In this document: one piece after another, positions 1 through 9,263 of the stretch
Layout: the number at the start of each line of letters is the position of its first letter
How positions within the stretch are numbered: the first letter of the stretch is position 1
Assembly (NCBI GenBank): GCA_963738275.1
Contig: CAVTVY010000001.1
Coordinates: forward strand, 122,448-186,447
Reading direction: 5' to 3'
DNA: 64,000 nucleotides
DNA from: an uncultured Actinomycetota bacterium
GTDB taxonomy: Bacteria; Actinomycetota; Acidimicrobiia; Acidimicrobiales; Ilumatobacteraceae
Notes under the pieces: model-generated
What the model was told of the DNA's origin: nothing
Database searches by the model: none
Seen by the model: only the letters and a program-made list of their open reading frames with translations
Made by a program: the position numbers and the translations under genes

Positions 1-1061
1 ACGACGTGGGACCCGTCGAACAGGTCGTCGTACTCCAACAGGTCTGACTCATACGCGAGCACCTGCTGCATGCGCAGCGACCACTGTTGATCCCACGGGC
101 GTGGCAGGCCGAGCGCTTCGTTCCACGCAGGCAACTGCACCGAACGCGCCCGCGCCCGTTTCGACAACGTGACTCCGAGCATTTCAAGCACGATGCGCTG
201 CACATTGTTCTCGGGTTGCGACTCGGTGAGGCCGAGCGAGTTCACCTGCACGCCGTAGCGGAAGCGCAACGCCTTGTCATCGGTGACGCCATACCGTTCG
301 CGCCCAACCGCCTCCCACATCTCGGTCATTGCCCGCAGTTTGCAGATCTCTTCGATGAATCGAATTCCAGCGTTGACGAAGAACGAAATCGAACCGAACA
401 CCCGACTGAACTGGTCGTCGTCAACCTGGCCGGAAGCGCGAACCGCATCGAGCACGTCGATCGCTGTGGCGAACGAGTAGGCGATCTCTTGGACGGGTGT
501 CGCCCCAGCTTCCTGCAGGTGATACGAGCACACGTTCATCGGGTTCCAGAGCGGCGCGTGTTGACTACACCAGGCAACCATGTCGACGATCAGCCGCTTC
601 GAGGGCTCGGGTGGAAAGATGTAGGTGCCCCGCGACAGGTACTCCTTCACGATGTCGTTCTGGGTGGTACCGCGCAACTCGGTTGACGTCACGCCTTCTT
701 CGGCAGCGTTGGCGACGTACAGCGCGAGCAACCATGACGCCGTGGCGTTGATGGTCATCGACGTGTTCATCTGCCCGGGCGGAATCCCGTTGAGCAACGT
801 GCGCATGTGGCCGAGGTGAGCCACTGGCACGCCAACTTTGCCCACCTCGCCCCGCGCCATTTCCGAGTCGGGGTCGTAACCGGTTTGGGTCGGCAGGTCG
901 AATGCGATCGACAGGCCGGTTTGGCCCTTCGTCAGGTTGGTGCGGTACAGCTCGTTGCTTGCCGCAGCCGTGGAATGACCGGAGTAGGTGCGCATCATCC
1001 ATGGGTGATCACGCCCGACTGGTGCGTTGTGCATGCCGATTTTCTCTGTTCCGGTTGTCAT
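1..1061 (-). CDS. meaA: Ethylmalonyl-CoA mutase / protein MeaA (B12-dependent acyl-CoA mutase), 5' part; runs off the window start
   Basis: Manual minus-strand translation gives RDHPWMMRTYSGHSTAAASNELYRTNLTKGQTGLSIAFDLPTQTGYDPD...GEVGKVGV, the MeaA/Ecm N-terminus. Absent from the ORF track because there is no stop in the window. Start at ATG 1061 or 1034. Confidence 0.9.
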   Translation of the reverse strand, partial: MTTGTEKIGMHNAPVGRDHPWMMRTYSGHSTAAASNELYRTNLTKGQTGLSIAFDLPTQTGYDPDSEMARGEVGKVGVPVAHLGHMRTLLNGIPPGQMNTSMTINATASWLLALYVANAAEEGVTSTELRGTTQNDIVKEYLSRGTYIFPPEPSKRLIVDMVAWCSQHAPLWNPMNVCSYHLQEAGATPVQEIAYSFATAIDVLDAVRASGQVDDDQFSRVFGSISFFVNAGIRFIEEICKLRAMTEMWEAVGRERYGVTDDKALRFRYGVQVNSLGLTESQPENNVQRIVLEMLGVTLSKRARARSVQLPAWNEALGLPRPWDQQWSLRMQQVLAYESDLLEYDDLFDGSHV

Positions 1062-1198
1062 GATGATGCCTATTCTGAAGTTGGGCTCAAGCCCATCTGG
1101 GACCCTGCCGATACAAGACCGCTCCGGCACATACGCCGGGTCACGCGATCTGGCGTGGACCTCGCACCGACTTCTGGGACAAACGGTCGGTGTGATCT

Positions 1199-1230
1199 TG
1201 GTGCCGGTGAGTGGCGGCTCACCGGCACCA
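1199..1230. terminator. Strong hairpin at the end of aat
   Basis: TGGTGCCGGTGAG-tggcgg-CTCACCGGCACCA, a 13-bp perfect stem overlapping the aat stop. Confidence 0.55.
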
Positions 1231-1947
1231 GGTTTTTCTCTGCGGTTCACTTTGGTGATCATCGTCCGTGATCAATGTTCGACGGCTCACGACTTGGATC
1301 GCCACAGCCAGCCGACGCAAATACTCGTCGCGCGGAATGTCGATCGCGCCCATCGACAACAAGTGAGGCGTCGTCCACTGCACATCGACCAACGTCGCCC
1401 CGGTGTGCGCCAGCCAATCGATCAAGCCGACCATGGCCGCTTTTGACCCATCGGTCTGCCGGTGAAACATCGATTCGCCGGCAAAGAACCGGCCGATTCG
1501 AACTCCATAGAGGCCACCAACGAGCTCGCCGGAACCGGTGGCTCGAACCTCGACGGAATGTGCCCATCCGAGTTGGTGGAGTGAGGTGTAGGCATCGATG
1601 AACTCGCCATTGATCCACGCTCCCGACCGAGGTGGGAAGGCACAACAGCGCACCACGTCGGAGAATGCGGCATCGATGGTGATCGTGAAACGCTTGAGGC
1701 TCCGCGCCAACGTTCGTGAGACATGAAGTCGATCGATCGGCAATACACCCCGAGGGTCGGGCGAGAACCACGCGATTCGGCGCCGATCGAACGGCATGGG
1801 GAACAGGCCGGCTCGATATGCGGCCAGCAGGGTGCCCGGCTCGAGGTCGGCGCCGATCGCGACGATGTCGCTGTCGTCGAGCGGGGGCGACGTGGGCATC
1901 AACCAGCGACTCGGTGGCGGTTCCACCGGAGAGATGTGCGGCACCAC
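1219..1947 (-). CDS. aat: Leucyl/phenylalanyl-tRNA--protein transferase
   Basis: Motifs GADLEPGTLLAAYRAGLFPM, WFSPDPRG, AHSVEV, LVGGLYG, FAGESMFH, DVQWTTPHLLSMGA; start approximate. Confidence 0.93.
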   Translation of the reverse strand: MVPHISPVEPPPSRWLMPTSPPLDDSDIVAIGADLEPGTLLAAYRAGLFPMPFDRRRIAWFSPDPRGVLPIDRLHVSRTLARSLKRFTITIDAAFSDVVRCCAFPPRSGAWINGEFIDAYTSLHQLGWAHSVEVRATGSGELVGGLYGVRIGRFFAGESMFHRQTDGSKAAMVGLIDWLAHTGATLVDVQWTTPHLLSMGAIDIPRDEYLRRLAVAIQVVSRRTLITDDDHQSEPQRKTWCR

Positions 1948-2027
1948 GAACGCGCAGCTGGTGCGACTTCGCTCGCTCATTCACCCAGTGTGCCACGCGT
2001 ACGTTGTTCGATGTTTACGGCGTGCAC

Positions 2028-2885
2028 TCAGCTGTAGTCGTAGAAACCGCGACCAGACTTACGACCCAAATATCCGGCCGCAACCATTCGGCGCAGCAAC
2101 GGAACTGCTGCGTAGTTCGGGTCGCCGAACTCGGCGTACAGCGCATCGAGGATCTTGAGCGACGTGTCGAGGCCGACGAGGTCGAGCAGAGCGAACGGCC
2201 CCATTGGGAACCCGCAGCCGCCCATCATGGCGGTGTCGATGTCGGCCAATGACGCAGTTCCGTTCGCGAACATGCGGACTGCGTTGTTGAGGTATGGAAA
2301 CAACAGCGCGTTGACGATGAATCCGGCGCGGTCGGCCACCTCGACGGTGTCTTTGCCGCAACCCCTGGCGAACTCGGTGGCCAGGGCCATCGTCTCGCTG
2401 CTGGCGGTGAGCGGGGCGACGATTTCCACCAGCTTCATCATGGGCGCCGGGTTGAAGAAGTGGATACCGCACACCCGGTCAGGCCGCCCGCTGGCCATGG
2501 CGATCTCGATGATCGGCAGTGTCGATGTGTTGGTGGCGAGCACACAGTGTGGCTTGACGACCTGGTCGATCTCGGCGAAGAGGGCTTGCTTGGTGGCCAG
2601 ATCTTCGACCACGTTTTCGATGACGAGGTCGCAGTCGACGAGGTCTTCGAGTTGGTCGGTCACGCGCACTCGGGCGACCACGGCGTCACGATCGGCCGCG
2701 GTGATCTTCTCCTTCGCCACCTGCTTGTCGAGGCTCTTCGTCAATCCAGCGAGCACACCTTCGGCGCCGTCGAGCGTGCGGGACCGAACGATGACGCTAT
2801 GGCCCGCCTTAGCGGCGACTTCGGTGAGCCCGCTACCCATGATGCCTGAACCGAGAATGCCGACGGTGAAGGTGCGCTGAGACAT
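2028..2885 (-). CDS. 3-hydroxybutyryl-CoA dehydrogenase
   Basis: Rossmann motif GILGSGIMGSG; ATNTSTL, GIHFFNPAPMMKLVE, GFPMGPFALLDLVGLD, LGRKSGRGFY. Confidence 0.93.
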   Translation of the reverse strand: MSQRTFTVGILGSGIMGSGLTEVAAKAGHSVIVRSRTLDGAEGVLAGLTKSLDKQVAKEKITAADRDAVVARVRVTDQLEDLVDCDLVIENVVEDLATKQALFAEIDQVVKPHCVLATNTSTLPIIEIAMASGRPDRVCGIHFFNPAPMMKLVEIVAPLTASSETMALATEFARGCGKDTVEVADRAGFIVNALLFPYLNNAVRMFANGTASLADIDTAMMGGCGFPMGPFALLDLVGLDTSLKILDALYAEFGDPNYAAVPLLRRMVAAGYLGRKSGRGFYDYS

Positions 2886-2897
2886 GAGAACAGCTTA

Positions 2898-2913
2898 GTT
2901 ACCCGTGGGTAAC
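2898..2913. promoter_or_regulatory. Palindromic operator between two divergent genes
   Basis: GTTACCC-GT-GGGTAAC perfect inverted repeat ~12 bp upstream of the dehydrogenase start. Confidence 0.55.
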
Positions 2914-2960
2914 CTTGCAAAGTCAAACTGCAAGCACAGATCAAACTACGATCGAGCGCG

Positions 2961-3587
2961 ATGCCGGGGATTGTCGTATTGCAGGGTGGTCAGCCCTTCG
3001 TGGGTAACGACGAATTGGATCTCCGCGTGCTCTCAGATCGAAACCTCAAGCGAGTGGTCGTGCTCCCTACCGCCGACGCCTACGAGAAGCCGCAAGACCT
3101 TGTCGATGCAGCGCGTTCGTGGGGCGATCGACTTGGCGTGACGGTCGATCCGCTCATGGTGCTCACTCGCGATCAAGCAAATGCTGACGCGGCTGAAGTG
3201 CTCGACGGTGCCGCTGCGGTGTGGCTGGTCGGCGATTCGTCGAGCCACCTGCGAAGCGTCATCAAGGGCACGCTTCTCTGGGAGGCGCTGCTCGGGGTGC
3301 TGGGCCGCGACGGCGTCGTCGTTGGGTGTGGGGCATCAGCTGCCGCGCTCTGCGACCCGATGACCGACTCGCGCGGCGGGGGGTTTGGGCAGGGGCTCGG
3401 CTTGATCTCGGGTCTCGCCGTCGTGGCTGAGGCCGAGAAGTGGTCAGCAGCAACGCTGGAGCGCACCAAAGAGCTGGCAACCAGCCCGCTCGCGGTACTC
3501 GAGTCACGCTCTGCCTTGCTGCGAACCGATGCTGGCTGGGAAGTAGTCGGCGCGGCCACCATCGTTGGTTCACTCCCGTCGCCATGA
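2961..3587 (+). CDS. Type 1 glutamine amidotransferase-like / peptidase S51 (cyanophycinase-like) protein, catalytic motif degenerate
   Basis: IVVLQGGQPF, VVVLPTADAYEKP, ALCDPMTDSRGG..GLGL fit the family; the nucleophile elbow reads GCGASA. Confidence 0.7.
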   Translation: MPGIVVLQGGQPFVGNDELDLRVLSDRNLKRVVVLPTADAYEKPQDLVDAARSWGDRLGVTVDPLMVLTRDQANADAAEVLDGAAAVWLVGDSSSHLRSVIKGTLLWEALLGVLGRDGVVVGCGASAAALCDPMTDSRGGGFGQGLGLISGLAVVAEAEKWSAATLERTKELATSPLAVLESRSALLRTDAGWEVVGAATIVGSLPSP

Positions 3588-4421
3588 CTGGTTCCCACCG
3601 CTCCATGCCGACCGTCATCGTGTCGCGAACTCCAGCGCCCGGGCGCGAAGCCGAGTTCGTCGACTGGATGGAACGCCTGTCCGCCGCAGCACAACTGGCT
3701 CCCGGGCATGTTGACTCGTCGGTCGAGCCAGCCGGTGATCTGCACCCAGGCGAGTGGGTGGTCATCTACCAGTTCGAGGACGCCGAGTCGTTGCAAGCGT
3801 GGCTCGAGTCTGACGAGCGGAAGAGACTCATGGATGCCGGAGCCGACCTGGTGGCGGGCAACACCCGCGAGCAGGTGGTCGCGCTCGCCGACCAACCCGA
3901 ACGGGTCACCGCGGTGTCGTCGTTCAAAGTTCGGCCGGGTACGGGTCACGAGTTCGAGGTGTTGCAACACCGCCTCGATGCGGCGGCAGCGGCGTCACCG
4001 GGGTTTCTCGGTGTAGAGCGGTACGACCCGGTACCGGGCGTGCAAGACGAGACCGTCGTGGTCTTTGCATTCGACAGCCGGGAACACCTCGACCATTGGC
4101 TGGAGTCGCCGGTACGCGCCGAGTTGCTGGCGGCCGCAAATCACTACGTCGAAGGCGAGCGAGTCCTCAATGTCGTCAGCGGTTTCGGCGGGTGGTTTGC
4201 GTACGGCGGCCCGATGGCGAAGAAGTGGAAACAGGGCGCGGTGGTGTTGCTGGCGCTCTATCCGATGACATTCACCTTGTCATTACTCAGCATGTGGCTC
4301 ATCCCCGATGTGCCATGGCCGCTGGGGCTGTTCATCTCCAACGTCATCGGAGTGATCATTGTTGACCTGGGTGCTGATGCCACCGCTGACCCGCTGGTTC
4401 GATGGTTGGCTCCACCGGTAG
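3584..4421 (+). CDS. Antibiotic biosynthesis monooxygenase (ABM) family protein, two ABM domains plus C-terminal TM helices; frameshift ~4360
   Basis: Duplicated ABM signature (PGREAEF..W / F...E.L..WLES..R); KWKQ..VLLALYP membrane tail; after the shift it continues LTWVLMPPLTRWFDGWLHR*. Confidence 0.8.
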
Positions 4422-4441
4422 GTCGTGGGTCCACGTCGCTG

Positions 4442-5006
4442 TTACACAGCGCGGCCGGTGAAGTTCAGGAATTTGGTTTGGGCGTCTGCGCCCTTGTCGG
4501 AGGTGATCTTTGGCCCCATCATTCCCTCCATCCGCAGAATCTCCTTCGGGGAGGCTCTTCCAGGTGGCGAGTGAATACTTCACCAGGCCTGGTTCGAGCC
4601 GCTCGTCGACTTTCGCGGTGCGGGCCATGTCCCAAGTGTGGGGGATGAGATCAGCAGCCATGAAACCGACCAGAACGTCCATTGGCATATCGCCCATGTC
4701 TGGGCCGAACGGTTTGCTGGCGATTTGCTGGAGAACTCCGGGATGATCGAGGCACTCGAGTGTCTGGTCGCGCAGCTTGATCCACGCGCCCAGGGGGTCG
4801 GTTCCCATCTTTGGGTATGACTTGATCGGCTTGCCAGTGGCGTGGCCCTTGATCATCGCCAGATTGCCCATGGCGTGCTCGTACACGTCTTTGCCGGTCC
4901 AGCCGGCGCAAGGTGCCTTACGGCTGAACGCCGTGGGCTTGGCCAACTTCAGGACGTGGTCGAAGGCGTAGACCGCCTTGGTGTATTGACGCAGATTCTC
5001 GCTCAT
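4442..5006 (-). CDS. TIGR03086-like mycothiol-dependent maleylpyruvate isomerase family (DinB-like) metal-binding protein; frameshift ~4545
   Basis: APCAGWTGKDVYEH and DLIPHTWDMART motifs; the other frame ends LNFTGRAV*. Confidence 0.75.
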
Positions 5007-5802
5007 GCCCGCACCGTAGTTGGTCGCCAGCTAGATGCTTCGCATGGACCGCGGCGCGCGCCAACGCACTTGCGTCAGCCCAAGCTGTCGCTTCCGATCG
5101 AGCCGCGAGGTCGTGGGTTTCCGGGTCGAACTCGATGACGGTGGTGAGATGTTGCGATGGCACAAGTTGGAGTAGCCGAGCGGGGAGCGCGACCGGGAAC
5201 ACTGTCGGTGTCGCCAACACGATGCGGCTCGTCCTCCCAGGCGACGTCCACCAGATCGCAGCAAGCACGGCAAAGTTGACGGTCGCGTTGTATGCCGGAA
5301 ACATGATCGAAGAGTTGAAGCCCGGTGCTACCAACACCGCCAGCAAGCTGGCACCGCCTTCCACCATCCACATGGCGGCGGTCTCGGTGCCGGGAAGCCT
5401 CACGACCTTCACGATGGTGACGACGATCGCTGGGATCTCCACTGCGATGAGGAGCGGAAGCACGATCGGATGACTCCCGACTACGACCCAGATTCCGAGC
5501 GTGGTGAAGAGACCGGCGAGCACGATGCGATCGGTGATGGACGTGCCACCCACGCCGTACTTGATCGACACGATGGCTATGACGCTGAACCCGAGCGCGC
5601 TCACTGCGGTCATGATCGAGCCACCGGTCACGCCGTGTTCGACCACTTGTGATGCGGTCGCTGCTGCGGCGAGGGCGGCGAACACGGTCCACGACGCACG
5701 TTGCGGTTTCGTCCTGCCAGCAAACGTGTCGATGAGGTACGGAACCGCACTTGCAGCAATCAGCAGCCCAATCACAATCTCAGCAACGGTGTTCCAACCC
5801 AC
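4918..5802 (-). CDS. Hypothetical multi-pass membrane protein (true 3' end probably near 5031)
   Basis: About 6 hydrophobic segments with PYLIDTFAGRTKPQRASW; the ORF tail overlaps the next gene, suggesting an indel. Confidence 0.65.
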   Translation of the reverse strand: MGWNTVAEIVIGLLIAASAVPYLIDTFAGRTKPQRASWTVFAALAAAATASQVVEHGVTGGSIMTAVSALGFSVIAIVSIKYGVGGTSITDRIVLAGLFTTLGIWVVVGSHPIVLPLLIAVEIPAIVVTIVKVVRLPGTETAAMWMVEGGASLLAVLVAPGFNSSIMFPAYNATVNFAVLAAIWWTSPGRTSRIVLATPTVFPVALPARLLQLVPSQHLTTVIEFDPETHDLAARSEATAWADASALARAAVHAKHLAGDQLRCGHERESASIHQGGLRLRPRPEVGQAHGVQP

Positions 5803-5860
5803 GCCCCACAGAGACCCGAGCCCGCGGTCAGATACACGACAGCGACGAGTTCGCGAGTTA

Positions 5861-6578
5861 CTAGCCCCAGGCGAAGACTGGTTGTTCCAGGTGATCGACG
5901 CGGCTGCCGATTTCTCCGCGGATTCCTACGTTGCGGAACTGCAGCAGCACGGCGCCGGTGGGGGCGTGGATGAGATCGTTGCCGAGCGGGAGTTGAACGA
6001 CGGGTCGGTCGCTCTCGGGTATCGTAACAAAGCGCGGTTCGCCGTCGCGCAGCGCGTGCAACCCGATGCGATAGACCGCTCGCACCTCAGATGGGGCGGG
6101 AACGATGGTGGGGTCCGCGCCGCCCCAGATGACCACCGGGGTCATCACGTAACCGGATCGAGTCGGGTAATCGTCGAGCAGACCTAGCACCGCGTCGGGA
6201 TGCAGCCGCAGCCCGATCTCCTCATCGACCTCCCGCAGTGCGGCTTCGATCGTGGTCTCGCCCGGCATCGACTCGACCGCCAGGTAATGCCCACTGTCCA
6301 GGGTGATTGTTCATCCGCGATGCACGTCGGCACAACAAGAACGCGGCACCGCCGGCTACTCCTACCATGCGACCGTCGAGCACCTCGAACTTGCCCGGAA
6401 TGACCGACATGTCGATCTCTGCCGCGTCGACCGGGTCGTGGTCGTGCTCCGCATGGCTGTCGGTGATGACGATGGCCACTGCAGCGTGACGGCGTCCGTC
6501 GAGCGCATGTTCGCGACGCTCGTGGGCGGCCAGGTTGGCGGTGAGCTGTTCGCGCAGCTTCGCTGAGTACTCGATCAC
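5861..6578 (-). CDS. NUDIX hydrolase (CoA pyrophosphatase-like); frameshift ~6270
   Basis: [24 protein letters not shown] joined to [18 protein letters not shown] (Nudix box) and [19 protein letters not shown]. Confidence 0.88.
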
Positions 6579-6588
6579 GCAGGTCCGA

Positions 6589-7717
6589 TCATATTGGGGG
6601 AGAATTCGAGTCGTGGGTGCGGGGTAGTAGGTCTGGCGAGCCCACAACGCCACATAGACGAGGCCGACGAGTACGGGCACCTCGATGAGAGGGCCGACCA
6701 CGCCGGCGAGGGCTTGACCGGACGAAACCCCGAAGACGCCGATGGCGACGGCAATTGCGAGTTCGAAGTTGTTGCCCGCTGCGGTGAAGGCAATGGCCGT
6801 ATTGCGCCCGTACGAAAGCCGCATCCGCAAGCCCAGGAAGAAGGCGCCGAACCACATGATGGCGAAGTATGCGAGCAGTGGCAGGGCGATGCGGGCGACA
6901 TCCCAGGGTTCGTTGGTGATCTGGTCGCCCTGCAGCGCAAACAGAATCACGATGGTGAAGAGCAGCCCGTACAGCGCTACCGGGCTGATACGTGGGATGA
7001 ATGTCTGCTCGTACCACTCGGTGCCCTTGCGTCGCTCGCCGATCAAGCGGGTGAGGAAGCCAGCGAGGAGTGGGATGCCGAGAAAGATCAGCACCGACTT
7101 GGCGATCTGCCACACGGTGACGTCGATGCGAGTTCGAGTCGAGCCCGAGCCAACCAGGCAGCAGTTCGAGATAGAAGTAACCAAGGATCGAGAACGCAAC
7201 GATCTGGAACAGTGAGTTGATGGCGACCAGCACGGCGGCAAGTTCACGGTCGCCGCATGCGAGGTCGTTCCAGATCAGCACCATGGCGATGCAGCGGGCG
7301 AGGCCCACGATGATCAGCCCGGTTCGATACTCGGGGAGATCAGGCAGCATCAGCCACGCCAGGGCGAACATGAGCAGCGGGCCCGATGACCCAGTTCAGC
7401 ACGAGCGACATCCCGAGCGATCGCTTGTCGCCGATGGTGCTGCCCATCGCCCGATACTTCACTTTGGCGAGCACTGGGTACATCATGGCGAACAGCCCGA
7501 TGGCAATGGGCAGCGAGACGGTGTCGAGCTTGACCTTCTCGATGGTGTCGTTGAGGTCGGGAATCGCCCGCCCGAGCACGATGCCGGCGACCATGGCGAC
7601 ACCGATCCATACCGGCAAGAACCGGTCGAGTGTGGAGAGTTTGTCAGCGACGTGCTCAGCGCCCTGCCCAGTGACGTGCCCAGCGTCGGGGTCAGCCGAC
7701 TCGTGTGTGGCAGTCAT
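6589..7717 (-). CDS. acr3: ACR3-family arsenite efflux transporter; frameshifts ~7385, ~7135 and near the 3' end
   Basis: Fragments LDRFLPVWI, MMYPVLAKV, GLARCIAMVLIWNDLACGD, AAGNNFELAIAVAI, GPLIEVPVL. Confidence 0.93.
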
Positions 7718-8068
7718 CGACAGGGCACGGTGCCTTCACCGAGGGCGATGCGGATCGAGGCCAGTTGCGAGTGGGACGCACGGAACCACGCCCACTTGCC
7801 GCGCTGTTCACGCTCGAGCAGGCCAGCATCGACGAGTTGGCTGAGGTGATGGCTCACGGTGGGCTGGCTGCGATCTACCGCATCGGGGAGCGCGCAGGCG
7901 CACACGTCACCGGTGGGTGACGCTGCAATCATCGAGAACAGCCGCAGCCGAACGGGGTCGGCGAGTGCCTTCAGTTGAGTGGCGAGCACCACCGCCTGAT
8001 CATCGCTGAGCGGCGATTCGAGGACGCAGCAGGATTCGGTTGCATTGGTCGCGGCCGAAAGAATTCAC
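7714..8068 (-). CDS. arsR: ArsR/SmtB family arsenic-responsive repressor
   Basis: LKALADPVRLRL, VCACAL, SQPTVSHHL, EQRGKWAWF; N-terminal SCC. Likely GTG start at 8068 with a 1-bp indel (the ORF track starts at 7992). Confidence 0.9.
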
Positions 8069-8074
8069 AGAAAC

Positions 8075-8129
8075 ATATTGACATTCATCGATAGGTTGTG
8101 TCAATACTCATATCGACATCAATCGATAT
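8075..8129. promoter_or_regulatory. Divergent arsR/arsI promoter with two candidate ArsR operators
   Basis: ATATTGACATTCATCGATA (8075) and ATATCGACATCAATCGATAT (8110); TTGACA -35 hexamers on both strands (TATTGACA...TGTCAATA). Confidence 0.65.
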
Positions 8130-8179
8130 CATTCACCATCAATCAACAACCGAATCAACACGTGTACTGGAGCAATCCC

Positions 8180-8605
8180 ATGCGAGTTCAACTGGCCCTC
8201 AACGTTGCCGACCTCGACGAAGCGATCGACTTCTACTCCAAGATGTTCGACACCGCGCCGTACAAAGTGAAGCCTGGCTACGCCAACTGGGAAATCGTCG
8301 ACCCACCGCTCAAGCTGGTGATCTTCGAGAACGCCAACGCCGAGCCCGGTTCGATCAACCACCTCGGAGTAGAAACCGCCAGCGCTGCGGAGGTCGTGGC
8401 GGCTGAGACTCGAGTGACCGCCGCAGGCCTCACGACCACCGGTATCGACGACACCATCTGTTGCTTCGCCGAGAAAGTGGAAACCTGGGTACAGGGCCCG
8501 GTCGGTCACAAGTGGGAGTGGTACGTGAAGCAGGCCGACCACGAAACCCAACTGGAGAACGTGATCGTCGAGTCACGCGGCAGCGCAACCTCCTGCTGCA
8601 GCTAG
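8180..8605 (+). CDS. arsI: ArsI/CadI family VOC enzyme (C-As lyase-like)
   Basis: MRVQLALNVADLDEAIDFYSKMF, PGYANW, NHLGVE, TICCFA, WEWY, C-terminal SCCS. Confidence 0.88.
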   Translation: MRVQLALNVADLDEAIDFYSKMFDTAPYKVKPGYANWEIVDPPLKLVIFENANAEPGSINHLGVETASAAEVVAAETRVTAAGLTTTGIDDTICCFAEKVETWVQGPVGHKWEWYVKQADHETQLENVIVESRGSATSCCS

Positions 8606-8607
8606 CT

Positions 8608-8638
8608 GTAACGAGACGTGCCAGGCACGTCTCGTTAC
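8608..8638. terminator. Perfect inverted repeat after arsI
   Basis: GTAACGAGACGTGCC-A-GGCACGTCTCGTTAC. Confidence 0.6.
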
Positions 8639-8648
8639 GCTGTTGCGG

Positions 8649-9263
8649 ATGACGTTTGACGCCATCGTTGTGGCCGGTGGGCGTGGTTCGCGACTCGGTG
8701 GTAGCGACCCCGGCGACAAGGCAGTGGTCGAACTCGCTGGGCGGCCGCTCGTGGAACACGTCCTCGCCGCGCTCGCTGGAGCCGAACGGGTTGTCTGTGT
8801 CGCCGGCAATCTGCCGAGTTCATTGCCTGGCGACCCGCTGCGGTGCGTTGAACAGCCTGTGGGCGCCGGGCCGTTGGCTGCCGTTGCGGCAGGCATGCAG
8901 CACATCTCAGCTCCGATCGTGGCCTTGGTGGCCGCAGATACGCCCTTCATCGGTGAGTCTTTGAACGCACTCCAGGTTGCCTTGGCAAGCGGCGCCGCCG
9001 ACGCAGCGGTGTTGACCGACGGTGATGGCCGCCGTCACTATCTCGCTGCGATGTGGCGAACCGACTCTCTGCAAGCTGCGCTCGACGGGCTCGGCGATGC
9101 CGCCGGACGTTCGATGCGATCGCTGTACGACATCCCCCAACTCAGTGTGGTGGGTCTCATCGACATCAATGATGCAGCCTTCGACATCGATACGCACCAG
9201 GACCTCGCCGTTGCCGAACGGCGAATTGCCGGTTCAACCAGACGCTCGACTCAGCCGCGGTAG
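8649..9263 (+). CDS. mobA: Molybdenum cofactor guanylyltransferase (MobA-like NTP transferase)
   Basis: VVAGGRGSRLGG...DKA, GPLAAVAAG, AADTPF, DIDTHQDL. Confidence 0.85.
   Translation: MTFDAIVVAGGRGSRLGGSDPGDKAVVELAGRPLVEHVLAALAGAERVVCVAGNLPSSLPGDPLRCVEQPVGAGPLAAVAAGMQHISAPIVALVAADTPFIGESLNALQVALASGAADAAVLTDGDGRRHYLAAMWRTDSLQAALDGLGDAAGRSMRSLYDIPQLSVVGLIDINDAAFDIDTHQDLAVAERRIAGSTRRSTQPR

Noticed and set aside
1062-1218. Cobalamin riboswitch upstream of B12-dependent meaA
   Set aside because: Hairpins are present, but I could not find the B12-box or the conserved GGGAA/GCCACTG elements.
87-1446. Long antisense or overlapping ORFs here and throughout (e.g. 13604-14965, 26641-27951, 28567-29886, 31160-32365)
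   Set aside because: These are shadow ORFs typical of high-GC DNA, lying opposite well-supported genes and lacking recognisable motifs.
6222-7247. Acr3-NUDIX fusion protein
   Set aside because: Both genes have other indels and there are stops in neighbouring frames at the junction (6575, 6589). Most likely an artefact.
8065-8076. In-frame TGA after ATG 8076 in arsR read as selenocysteine
   Set aside because: It is not at a conserved Cys position and no SECIS-like stem is evident. A GTG start at 8068 plus a 1-bp indel fits the promoter spacing better.
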